64,000 nt of DNA, from positions 5,580,001-5,644,000 of the forward strand of contig NC_081333.1 in the NCBI RefSeq assembly GCF_022539665.2. Direction: 5' to 3'. Below the pieces are notes generated by a model. It saw only the letters and a program-made list of their open reading frames with translations, did not search any database and had not been told where the DNA came from. The DNA comes from Daphnia carinata. Its lineage: Eukaryota. This document shows positions 39,994 to 51,588 of this stretch, piece after piece. Positions within the stretch are counted from its first letter, which is position 1; every line of letters begins with the position of its first letter. Position numbers and translations under genes: made by a program.

Positions 39994-41647
39994 TATATTA
40001 TACTCTTTGAATGTACATCATGAATCTGATTCTATAACACTATATTCACATTGAATACAGCTATATTTGATGCTGGTTGAATGTAGTTATTGAAACTCAC
40101 TGTATCACACTATGTTCACATTGAATACAAGTATATTTGATACTGTTGCAATATACATCATGAAACTGATTCTATAACACTATATTCACATTGAATACAC
40201 GTATATTTGATACCGTTTGAATGAACACATTGAAACTCACTGTATCACACTATATTCACTTTGAATCTATTTGGTACTGTTTGAATGTACATCATGAAAC
40301 TGATTCTATAACACTATATTCACATTTAATACACGTATATTTGATGCTGTTTTAATGTAGATCATGAAACTGATTCTATAACACTATATTCACATTGAAT
40401 ACACGTATATTTGATGCTGTTTGAATGAAGATATTGAAACTCATTGTATCACACTATATTCACATTGTATACACGTATATTTGATACTGTTTGAATGTAC
40501 ATCATGAAACTGATTTTATAACACTATATTCACATTGAATACAGGTATATTCGATGCTGTTCGAATGTAAATATTAAAACTTACTGTATCACACTTTATT
40601 CACATTGAATACACGTATATTTGATGCTGTTTGAATGTAAATATTGAAGCTCACTGTTTCACACTATATTCACATTGAATACACGTATACTGTATGCTGT
40701 TTGAATTTAGATATTAAAACTGATTCTATAACACTATATTCACATTGTATACACGTATATTTGATACTGTTTGAATGTACATCATGAAACTGATTTTATA
40801 ACACTATATTGATATTGAATACAGGTATATTCGATGCTGTTCGAATGTAGATATTGAAACTTAATGTATCACACTATATTCACATTGAATACACGTATAT
40901 TTGATGTTGTTTGAATGTAGATATAGAACCTTACTGTATCACACTATATTCACATTGAATACACGTATATTTGATACTGTTTGAATGTAGATATTGAAAG
41001 TCACTGAATCACTCTACATTCACATTGAATACACGTATATTTGATACTGTTTGAATGTAAATCATGAAACTGATTCTATAACACTATATTCACATTGAAT
41101 ACACGTAATTTGATGCTGTTTGAATGTAGATATTGAAACTCACTGTAGCACACTATATTCACATTAAATACAGGTATATTTGATGCTGTTTGAATGTAGA
41201 TATTGAAACTCACTGTATCACACTATATTCACATTGAATACAGGTATATTTGATAATGTTTGAATGTAGATCATGAAACTGATTCTATAACACTATATTC
41301 ACATTGAATACAGGTATATTTTATGCTGTTTGAATGTAGATATGAAAACTCACTGTATCACACTATATTCACTTTATACACGTATATTTGATGCTGTTTG
41401 AATGTAGATATTGAAACTCACTGTATCACACTATATTCACATGGAATACATGTATATTTGATGCTGTTTGAATGTAGATATTGAAACTCACTGTATCACA
41501 CTATATTCACATTGAATATACGTATATTTGATGCTGTTTGAATGTAGATATTGAAACTCACTGTATCACACTATATTCACATTGAATACACGTATATTTG
41601 GTGCTGTTTGAATGTAGATATTAAAACTGCTTCTAAACACTTTATTC
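39994..41647. repeat. 70-bp satellite, right diverged block
   Basis: Same unit, with A and B variants interspersed. Confidence 0.97.
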
Positions 41648-42809
41648 GGTAGCTGGAGAAATAGGAGCTGGAGAAATAGGACCCGGAGATTTTGGTGCTG
41701 TTTGAATGTAGATTTAAAACTGCTTCTAAACACTTTATTCGGTAGCTGGAGCTGGAGAAATAGGACCCGGAGATTTAGGACCTTAAAATAGGACCTGGAG
41801 AAATAGGACCCGGAGAAATAGGACCCAATCTTCATTTTCAACATTTTTTGAAGGGTCCTATTTCTCCATCATAAGGGTCCTATTTTTCCTTGGTATTGGT
41901 CCTATTTCTCCAGCTTCAAACGACTAAAAATCGAACGATTATTCGTCCGATATTTAAGAAGAAAACCGAAAGGCTTATATTGGTTTCTGCACTTTAAACA
42001 CCGTTATCAATATGACGTGTTTTCACTCCATCATAATTTTTTTTGAATTAGTATTCGTAATTTTTTTGCATGATTATATGCTTTATCTATTGCTTTTTAG
42101 AGCTCATTTAATAGAAAAGTAATTTTGTTCGCACAGTATTTGGATTTTTGCATTTGACATTTTCTTACTGGTGTTTTCAGGCCTACCATCACCCTCCCTT
42201 TACTTATGTCCTTATTCACTTTTTTTTCCTTTTTTCTTCGTGCCTCAATGAGGATTCTTGGGAGGGTGTATAAGTACCTCTTAATACACAGACAAATAAG
42301 AAAATTATTATATAAAAATAATTTAAGAAACGTTAATTTAATAATGAAACACTGTTTGCCCTTGCACAAAATATTGTTCTTGCCTTTTGTGGACAAAGGA
42401 AAGAACTATGCCTACATGGTAAGCACGAAAATTGAATGAGTTCCGTGGGGTTTTTGGTGGGTGCTAGGAACGAGATTTTTTATCATGATGTCTAGTTCAG
42501 TATTACTACCATTTGATGAATTATGTATATAGAAATATTATTACAATCTTACACAAACTATCGTCTGAAGCAAGGACAAAAGAAAAAGACTACTATAATT
42601 CAATCTTGATTCAAATACCATTTATTTCTTTATCACATTTTTAATTCCGTAGCATGCATTTCACACTTAGGAATTAGTTCTCTAAAATTTTCAATTTAAG
42701 TATTAAGTAATTAAAAATGGATTACGCAAACATTCGTAAGAGTTTTATCAATTGTACAAATAGTTTATTTCTCTCATTGAGCATAAGCATAGATACAGAA
42801 CTATCGGGT

Positions 42810-43340
42810 GTCTTTCACTTACCACTTGCGGCTTGAACGGTGGTGGAATCTGCGTGTAGGAGACAGGGTAAAATCAAAACATTCAAATACCACCTGCACG
42901 CCTACGTACCTTCCCTTGAACTAGATCTGTCCAAGAAATCGGTAGGAAAAATGGATGTAGAATGATTTCTTGATAATCTTCCGAGCCGCCTCCTAATCTC
43001 TTATGTGGATCCTTAGCTAAAAGCCCACCAAGAAGATCTTTCGCTTCCGGCAATAGGGTTCGAGGGAATCTAACTTCTTCCAAAAGAATACGGTCAAAGA
43101 GAATGTCGCAATCCCGGTCGTAAAACGGAAAGTGACCGCAAATGAGCTCATACATGACAACACCCAAGCCCCACCAACGTACTGCACTCCCGTAGTCGTT
43201 TTCTTCCAAGCTTCGGGGGCAAGGTACTCGGGGGTTCAGCAAATGTTTTGGCAGTCCGTCCGTACGTGGTATCCTCTTTACAAAGTCCAAAGTCAGCAAT
43301 CTTTATGTGTCCATCTTTGTCGAGTAACAAATTTTGCAGC
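42810..43340 (-). pseudogene. AKT: AKT/PKB kinase 3' fragment with an intron
   Basis: [55 protein letters not shown]; intron; IPPPFKPQVVSE; frameshifted. Confidence 0.92.
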
Positions 43341-43404
43341 TGGTAACAAAAAATCATTTCGTAGGTGAATTTCCAAGAAACAAAACCATTTATCTATCAG
43401 GTTG

Positions 43405-43545
43405 TTTCCTTAAGGTCCCTAGTTGGGAGTACTACGGACGTCCTTACTTGGACGTCTGCAGGATGGCAAATCCGTACGTTCAGTGAACGTACGTATTGGA
43501 ACATCCGGGGAATGTCCGGATCACGGCAGCCAAAGGACGCAGGAA
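43405..43545. repeat. Fragment resembling a CACTA-type subterminal repeat
   Basis: GGACGTCC/ACATCC/ATGTCC motifs as at 51330-51488, 53327-53510 and 56215-56373. Confidence 0.4.
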
Positions 43546-44145
43546 AATTTGTAATGGAAATAGCCAATTAAAATAAAACCATAAATTCTTTGTAATAGAA
43601 TTACATTTCATTTATTTTTACAAAATACAAATAATGAAACAAAAAATTACTCAAATTCTAAGCCCGGCGCGGTTTTGATGGCGTCAGCACGGGGCGAAGC
43701 CATATGGAAGATTGTTCTGTAGCAGCCTTGAATTATACAAATAAAAATTAGTACAAAATTTAGATTTCATCGGACAAAGTCAATGGTACATTTTCCGTTT
43801 CTGATCGCATACCCTCGCCAGTAGCTTCGACGACAGCTTTCGGGGTGTCTTCGGCCGTCGATTTGGCAAAAACGGCCATCGATTCAATGACGATGGCTTC
43901 ATAGCCAACATGAGGTCCTAAGTCTGACCAAAACGTGGGATTGTGCCAGTAGGGTTTGCCAGCGCCGGTTATGTTTTCTCCCGCTAAACGACCAGACACG
44001 ACAGCGTGATCATGATGTTCAACACGACGATGACCCAGTTTGATATCGTAAAAGCAGGCAGCATCACCAGCCTAAAATTTCCATAAACAAATTCCGTTTC
44101 AATTTTGTGCAACTCACATTTTAGAAGAACTTGTGTTTGCAATAG

Positions 44146-44207
44146 CTTCATATACTATCTAGCAACAACATCATGGAAATCAGTATTGGAAAATGTTTTA
44201 TCATAAT
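44146..44207 (-). ncRNA. Intronic C/D-box snoRNA copy (28S guide, snR65-like target)
   Basis: ATGATAA (C), CTGA (D'), ATGATGT (C'), guide GCTAGATAGTA, ATGA (degenerate D). Confidence 0.7.
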
Positions 44208-44734
44208 TTATAACCATAATAACGTTACGTAAACAGAAATGCCTACCACCCAGACGTTAGAACGCGCTTCAAGTTCAGCATCGACTCTGTAACCGCCTAA
44301 ATTGGGGTCAATTTCCAAACCAGAGGCGATAGCCAAATCCGTGTTAGCATCCAGACCGACAGCAACAACAACATGGTCTGTTTTAATCTAACGAAAACAA
44401 TTGAGAAAAATGTCAAGTTACACTTTTAACAAGACTACTACGCAGCTAGTGATACCTTTTGTCCATCCTGCAAGGTCAAAACAACCTAATCATCTTCCAC
44501 GGTTGCTCCCTGAACGTGCGTCTTGGGTAAAACCTGAACACCTTCACCCATCACCTTCTCGGTCGTCCATCGGATCAAATATTTCGGAAGAACTTTGCCC
44601 ATGTTACCATCTTCAGGAAAGACTTGAAGTACTTCCAGTCCACTTGTTTTGGCTAAATAAAAACAAAATAACTGGTTCCATTACATCATTTCTCAACAGT
44701 TCAAACTGAAGGGCGATAATGTTAGCTATTAATT

Positions 44735-44803
44735 CTCTCAGATACTATCTAGCAGGAAAATAATCACAACTGTTCAACATTCCATTAGGTTGTAATCGCA
44801 GAT
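44735..44803 (-). ncRNA. Intronic C/D-box snoRNA copy
   Basis: Guide GCTAGATAGTA-T-CTGA; C' GTGATTA; C box degenerate. Confidence 0.7.
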
Positions 44804-45098
44804 GTGTAATCTAAAGCGAATAATTTTTATGTATCTTTTACCTCTTCTTCCAAGAGCGCAGGCAAGTTCACTGCCGTGTAATCCACCACCGATGATCGAG
44901 TTGGATTTGACTTGGCGAGAGATGGATTCGAGTCGCCTGAAGTCACCAATGTTGCGGAATAGTGTTACCTGCTCCTGGACATTTTCTGGGGCACTGCTTA
45001 GCGATGGCAACGATTTCGGTTTGCCACCTAAGACGATAATAAATTAATTTAGTTAATAGTTGAAAATGCGTCTAAGGGAAATGATAATTAAACAATGG

Positions 45099-45168
45099 CT
45101 CTCAGATACTATCTAGCAGGAAGATTATCAAAGTTTTTCAACATTCCAAAAAGTTATAATCGTCGAGG
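45099..45168 (-). ncRNA. Intronic C/D-box snoRNA copy
   Basis: CGACGA (degenerate C), TTGA, TGATAA, guide GCTAGATAGTA-T-CTGA; paralogous to 44735-44803. Confidence 0.7.
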
Positions 45169-46309
45169 ACTTTAAATTTTAGATAAATACGAAAGAAATT
45201 CACCTGTGGCTATAAGGCCACAGGTGAAGGTGATGGTATGGCCTTCATCTAACTCAGCTTTGCGACCAACAATGTCCAGATTAACTACATGATGTCCTCG
45301 CACAACTGAAACGCCAACATTTCTTTGGCAACTAATTCCACGGGACTGCAGTAGAATTCATCCTGTTCACAGAACAAACTGGATCCAAAAATAAGTCACA
45401 TTCGTTAAAATAACGCAACACAAAATTATAACTTTAGACAATCACCTTCACTCTTTTCCGTTCCACTGCTTAAAACGAAGTTTGTTTGGCACTTCTGGAT
45501 CGTCACTGAACCATAGCTCTTTCGAAAGGGGAGGCCTCATGTAAGGTAGGTGATTTTCTTCTCCAATGACTGAGACCTAGAACGAATGATTCAATTAAAA
45601 ATGGCGAGATAAAATGAATTACTTTTTTACCTTTGCTTGGGGTCACGGGATTTTATGGCACGGAAGGCGGCAAATGAAGAAGTACCGGCTCAGGTTAGTC
45701 AAAAGTAATTGAAAACATTACTTACCAAATATAAGGGACTATCAAAAAAGGGAAAGTCAGAGCAAGCAATCACACACAATGGACAACTAATAGCGTCGGT
45801 TGTAAAGGCGGGAAAAAAGTTAATTTGCAGTGTTGCGCAATTTACAATCATAAAAAAAAACATTTTTTACTGAACAAATCGGCTGCAGTATCTGGCAATG
45901 TTGTTATGTTTACATTTTCATGACAACATAGCGTCTGCTAGCCCAGCTCTGCTTTCTACAAAGGCTTTGTTGTGTTGTTTTTGTTTCATCATGTTCTGAT
46001 TGCAGGTTATTAGTGACAAATGCGAAGCTTATTAGCCGTTGGGAGCTCTGCGTACTCGTTAAGTTATCTAAAATGTCTGAGATTCGCAAAAAAAACATAT
46101 TGTGGGAGAAAGACAAACTCGTAGAAGAGTGATTGCCAATATCCTCCATATCAAGAGAGAAGAAACATTGTTGATAATTCTTCCACGTTGCTAATACTAA
46201 TCTACTTTTCTACAGGAAAGCCTCATGATAAGCCTCCGCTTTGTTCTCCTCAAGTAAAAAAAGGTAATTTGTAAAAACTTTAAAACATGAAACATAACTA
46301 GATGATTGT

Positions 46310-46800
46310 TAATGCAGGTGGCCAAACTAAACGCAACCCATTCACTGATTGCAACATCCAAGCTTGCCAGCCTCTCATTTTGAAAGCTAATAATGGTAAT
46401 TTTAATTACAGTTGTCCCTGGAAATTTATGAATTCATATTCTTGTTAACTGCAGATGTACCTCCTATTTCAGCAAGACAACGTGACAAACAGTCCATGAA
46501 AGGGGTTGACTGTTGTGACGAAGTCACTAATGTGTTGGTAGACCAAGGTAATAAGAATTGAGGTTCATAGTTTGTAATTTTAATATATTTAATAGCCTTT
46601 TTTTCCGGTGTTCTCAGTCGACCGCGGTTTCAGTGTTAAAGCACATGAACTAGCTTGTTCTACCAAAGAACCAATCTCTTCAAAACAAACCAATCAAAAG
46701 CAAGTCAGTCAACTTTCCATAAGATGGATTTGAAAGGTGCACATGGAGGCCAATATTGAAAATGTTACCCAAATATTTTCCCTGCTGAAATTTTATTTTT
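46310..46800 (+). pseudogene. Possible highly decayed Harbinger/ISL2EU-type transposase fragment
   Basis: Scattered TDC, DRGFSV and VHME motifs in the expected order; weak. Confidence 0.3.
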
Positions 46801-46984
46801 ATTTTTTTCGTAGCAATCTCAGATGTGGACAGTGTGCCGGTACGGGGAATTGCTTATTCTGCTGAGGAACCAATTTGTACAAGTTCAGCAACCGAATCAG
46901 GAGCACCTTATTCTGATTTCCACCCGGTGGATCCATTGCCAACATTAATATTGCCGAACATCAGTATGTTCATTCAATTACCTC

Positions 46985-47896
46985 GGTAGCCTGTGAAATA
47001 GGACTGAATCGAAATAGGACTGGAGAAATAGGACTGAAAATTTCCAGTCCTATTTCTACCGGAGAAATAGGACTGGGAGAAATAGGACTGACTTTTTAAA
47101 ACTTTTAGGACAGTCCTATTTCTCCATGGCATCAGTCCTATTTCTCCTCGGCATCAGTCCTATTTCTCCTTAGAAATAGTACTATTTCATTTACCTTGTT
47201 CTAAGGGGAACGATGAACGATGAGCCTCCCGTAAGAGCGGCGGCTTATATCCGTTTCCATTTTTAAAAAACCGATGGTGTTAACTCATTAGATAAATGGT
47301 TCACAAAACTTTTTTTTCTTATCCTATTTTAATTTAAATTACAGGAGAACATGAACTATATTGTATTTAATAGAGTTAATTTAACAAACTACTATTAGAC
47401 ATACTACAGAAATATTTATTACTTATATCGCACATTATGTGGTCATAACCAACTTTTCCAATTGAACTAATGTTTTACTATTTCATACATCTTTCGTTAT
47501 ATACAGCTCTTACATATTCTGATTTTGCTCTAATAATATTTTATTAAATGAACTCCATTAGATTCAAAATAATTCATGTTCCCCAGTAATTAAAATAAAA
47601 ATAGGATAAGAGATAAAACATTTGTGAACCATTTAAATAATGAGTAAACGCCATCGGTTTTTGAAAAAGAGAAATGGATATAAGCCGGCGCTCTTGTGCA
47701 ATATATTGCCTACCGAATTGGAGGCTCATCGTTCCCCTCGGAACAAGGTAAATGAAATAGAACTATTTCAAAGGTGAAATAGGACTAATGCCGAGGAGAA
47801 ATAGGACCGTCCTAAAAGTTTTTAAAATTCAGTCCTATTTCTCCCAGTCCTATTTCTCCAGTCCTATTTCGTTTCAGTCCTATTTCACCGCCAATC
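46985..47896. mobile_element. Foldback/MULE-type MITE, copy 2
   Basis: Same family as 8436-9320; termini GGTAGC...CCAATC; 8-bp TSD ATTACCTC. Confidence 0.9.
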
Positions 47897-50800
47897 ATTA
47901 CCTCAAGTGAGAACGAGCCTTCTACCCAGAATGGTGAATAATTTCCATAATGATCTTTTGTTTACTGTAATTCTATAAAACATTTTATTTTCAGTGCCAA
48001 GCAATACAAGTTTGCCGTTTGATTCTTTACCGCGCGTTGTTGTACTTCCTTAGTTATCAAGACTAACTGATTTTTGACTATTAAACTGAAACCCACTTTA
48101 GATCCAAACGCGGCAATGATTAACATAAAAAAAGTAAAAGAAAAATTGATATTCTCGGAAGGCAAAGGTGAAGCTGATAAGGCAAGAAACATTGAAGAGA
48201 AACAGCCATGGGAAGGTGCTCGGCAAAGAGCTGAAGGTGTTAAGGTAAACTTTAAATTGAACAAAAAAAATTTCTTAGATCTTCAAATATTTTATTACTT
48301 TACTGTATCACAATAGGTAAAACAATACCAAGAGCAATAGGTGCAAACGACAATGTGGAATTACTTGCCAAACCAATTAATAAACAGGATAAAACCAAAA
48401 TCAGAAAGGGAAAAAAGTGGTTTGAAGTTTGAACGCATCGAAGAACAGGAATAGAGAAAGGAAGACCAACAGAAAAGGGATCAATCAACATCAAGAAAAC
48501 GAAAAATGAAAAGAAAGCATAAACTGAAATAAACTAGCGAAAAAAGGGCCAAATTATCGTATGAGTGGCCGAAATTGACTCATAGATGAGCTGACTCGTG
48601 TTCTATTATTTACAAGCCGTGTCATGATTGTTTTGGATAACAATACACTGGCATGCCCTCCATGATCGTTGACAATTTAAAAAAAATCTTGGATTCATTT
48701 TAAAAGGTTTAGTGTCTTCGGTAATCACTGACGCACAAAAAAAAGGTCTTGCCTGGTCGAAAATAATTAAAATGAATTTGTCATTTTTAGTAGCTTTGTG
48801 AGGTTATTGTTCCTCTTTTGCTTTAACAGAAGCCACGCCATAACTATTGCAATTTTCCTCATAGATGTCCCTACACAAGTTGGACATTTCAGTTTTGCTT
48901 ATTACATTTAATGCTTTGGTGAAAAGCGCTCCTACCCTACATAACAGACAGCTTTCACCGCCTGGCATTGTTACAGAAGTAGGGTTTGATTTTAATATAA
49001 TTATTGGAATCTTTGTAACTGTGAAAAGAATTGAAAATGTAATGAAGAAATAAATGGTATTTGAATCAAGAGTGAATTATAGTAGTCCTTTGTCTTGTCC
49101 TTGCTTCAGACGTTATTTAGTTTGAAATAGATTGTAAGAAAGTGATTGTAATATTGTTCCCATAAACACTAGTATCAAATTTTAATAATAATAAACTAGT
49201 CCTCATGTTAACATATTCGTTCCCAGCACCCACCAAAAGCCCCGCGGAACTCATTATTTTCGTTCTTACCATGTAGGTCTTTATCTATGGTTTTGTGGCA
49301 AATAGTTTTTTTATTATAAAATGTACGTATCTTAAATTATCTATATATAATTTTTTTCTCATTAATCGGTGTATTAAGGGGTATTTCAGCAAGAGCGACC
49401 ACCGCCCCCGGGAACGCCCATGCAATAAGGACATCAGTCGGGAAGGGGTGATACTAGGACTGGAAACGCCAGTAACAAAATGTAAAAGGCTAAAAACCAA
49501 ACACGCGGTAAAAAGAAATATAACTTTTATACATGAGCTGTATAAAACAATACATAGAGCATGTAATCGTGCAAAAAAATTACAAATATGAATTCAAACA
49601 AAATAGTTATGATGGAATGATTAGACGAGCAATTGATAACGTTGTTTGCAGTGCGGAAAACTACATAACCCGTCGGTTCTTCTTTTCTAACAGCGGAAAC
49701 TTAGGCTTTCTCTCCGGGTCCTATTTCTCCGGCAATCAGCGGACCCAAACTGGACACGTACCAGATTGGACAACCGCAATAACTCGAAGGGATATTAATA
49801 AAATGAAATTTAAAAAATAGTGTGTGATGGGAAATTCCATTCCACTCTTAGGGCAAAAATTTCAAAAACATACTACAAATATTCGTGTAGTTAGCAAATA
49901 CAGCCCTTTTTCTGATCTTTTTCGCTTCTACAATTTTTCATATCACGTGTAAACCCCTTAATGCAAAATGTCTTTGGTTATACTAAAAAAAAGCTAATTC
50001 TTCCCTTTTCAATTCCCTGGCTTGTTTTAATTTTTAGGATAAGTAGTTTAATAATTATAAGCGTTTTAAAAAATGTCCTTCTGGTGGGAGATACTGGACA
50101 CAGTTTTGGGGGTGAAATCGGACGCAAACGATATTTCTGGGGCGGGGCTTAGGTTGCTTAATTACGGGAAAAAGCCGTAAACAAAGGCAGCAACAAGAGA
50201 GTTTCGAAGTGTCGTCTGCTTTCTTCTAAAGCTAATGGCGATCGATAATAAATAAATCATTGATACTTAACAGGCCCCTCCTATTTTCATTTTTTTCAAG
50301 CTACTTTGTCCATTTCACCCCCCCAGTCAATCATTAAAGAATTTCGATATTATTATATTGAGTTTACGGTATTTTTATTACATACACAATACAAAATCGT
50401 ACACATCATACACAAGTATAAATTGTCGAACTCGAACGAGTTCGACAATTTATACTTAGAGATGAATGGGATTATTTACCATTGCTATCTTCCAAATGAT
50501 TTTGTATATTTTTCTATTGAGGTTGTGGCTCCCCGAGCCAAAATGAGCCCACAGTGAGGGAGAAATTTCAACTCTACACAATTGGTGAGTCCAACAGACA
50601 GTTTCATTAACATGTACGTTTCAGCAAATACTTTACGTGCTCTTCTTTAAGATATTGATGGAGTTCTTGGCCGTAAATGGTTACCTAATCTTCCCCATTT
50701 TAACACAAATAACTTTTGACGTTTTTGCAAATGTTTTTAAAGACAATTTGTTACCTGTTCCTTTATCATTCTGAAGGAGACACTTTTCTGTGTGGATTGG

Positions 50801-51029
50801 GAGATAAAAAGAGTCAGGAATTTTGGCACTTCGAGCAATTGCCGAATGTATTTACTTTTATCATTATTAAGATTGGTTTATTGGTAACGGCATTATCTAC
50901 CTTTGTAGGATGAACGAGGAGATAAGGTATTTTAATCTAGTTTTGACGCAAATCAGATGAATAATGTTAGGCATTGTAATTATTTAATTAAAAAATAATT
51001 GAAAATTACAATTATTATTGTAACGTATG

Positions 51030-51488
51030 TTGAAAATTGAGTAAGATTTGATGAGATAAATATATTGCAATGTACAATGTATTATGTAATATGTTTAACA
51101 TTTTGTCATTTCATTCGCCATGGTCTAATTTTTAATCAAATAATTTTTTTCAACGACCGTTCAATTATATAACATCATTTTTACGTATGGTGATCTTTAA
51201 CAAAGCTTTTTCAAGTTGAATCAAAACCTAAGAGGTCTTTTCGAAATCGATTTAAAACATGGTTTAAATTCTCTTTTTTTAACAACAATTATTTAGAAAA
51301 AAGAAAAAAATTTGAAACTCTTCTTTGCTGTTGCAGGGACGTCCTCAGGATCTTGTTTTGGCACCTCCACCGGGTTTCAAATTCTAATAGCCGACGGACA
51401 TCCATGGAACAACCCGATATGGCGCAGGATATCTAACGGATGTTCGGATCACAGTCGGACATCCGACGGCAGAGATGTGCTATGTGGG
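51030..51488 (+). repeat. Right end of a CACTA/EnSpm-like element
   Basis: ~460-bp direct repeat of ~55915-56373, ending GTGCTATGTGGG; left end not found. Confidence 0.8.
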
Positions 51489-51588
51489 ATGAATGGTAAC
51501 GTATGTGTAATTGAATCTAAATTAATTTTATTTTTATGGTTTAAAGGCTTTTCGTTCTTCCATTAATTTAAAATGAAATACAAGCTCA

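Larger units (their letters stand above)
43760..45690 (-). pseudogene. AIFM1: Apoptosis-inducing factor fragment, ~7 exons with introns
   Basis: [92 protein letters not shown]; stops and frameshifts; both ends missing. Confidence 0.93.
41741..49737. mobile_element. Pack-MULE-like element with long TIRs and host-gene cargo
   Basis: Termini GGTAGCTGGAG...CCTATTTCTCCGGCAATC, like the MITEs; inverted homology between ~41741-42640 and ~49035-49737; no matching TSD. Confidence 0.75.

Noticed and set aside
42810..45690. Functional AKT or AIF genes
   Set aside because: Both are partial, with frameshifts, stops and altered conserved residues
42810..45690. Processed retrocopies
   Set aside because: GT-AG introns are retained
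47990..48500. YqaJ-like exonuclease remnant (IEEKQPWEGARQR)
   Set aside because: Similarity too short and catalytic motifs not seen
51312..51566. Near-identical short ORFs here and at 56197-56421
   Set aside because: By-products of duplicated transposon subterminal sequence
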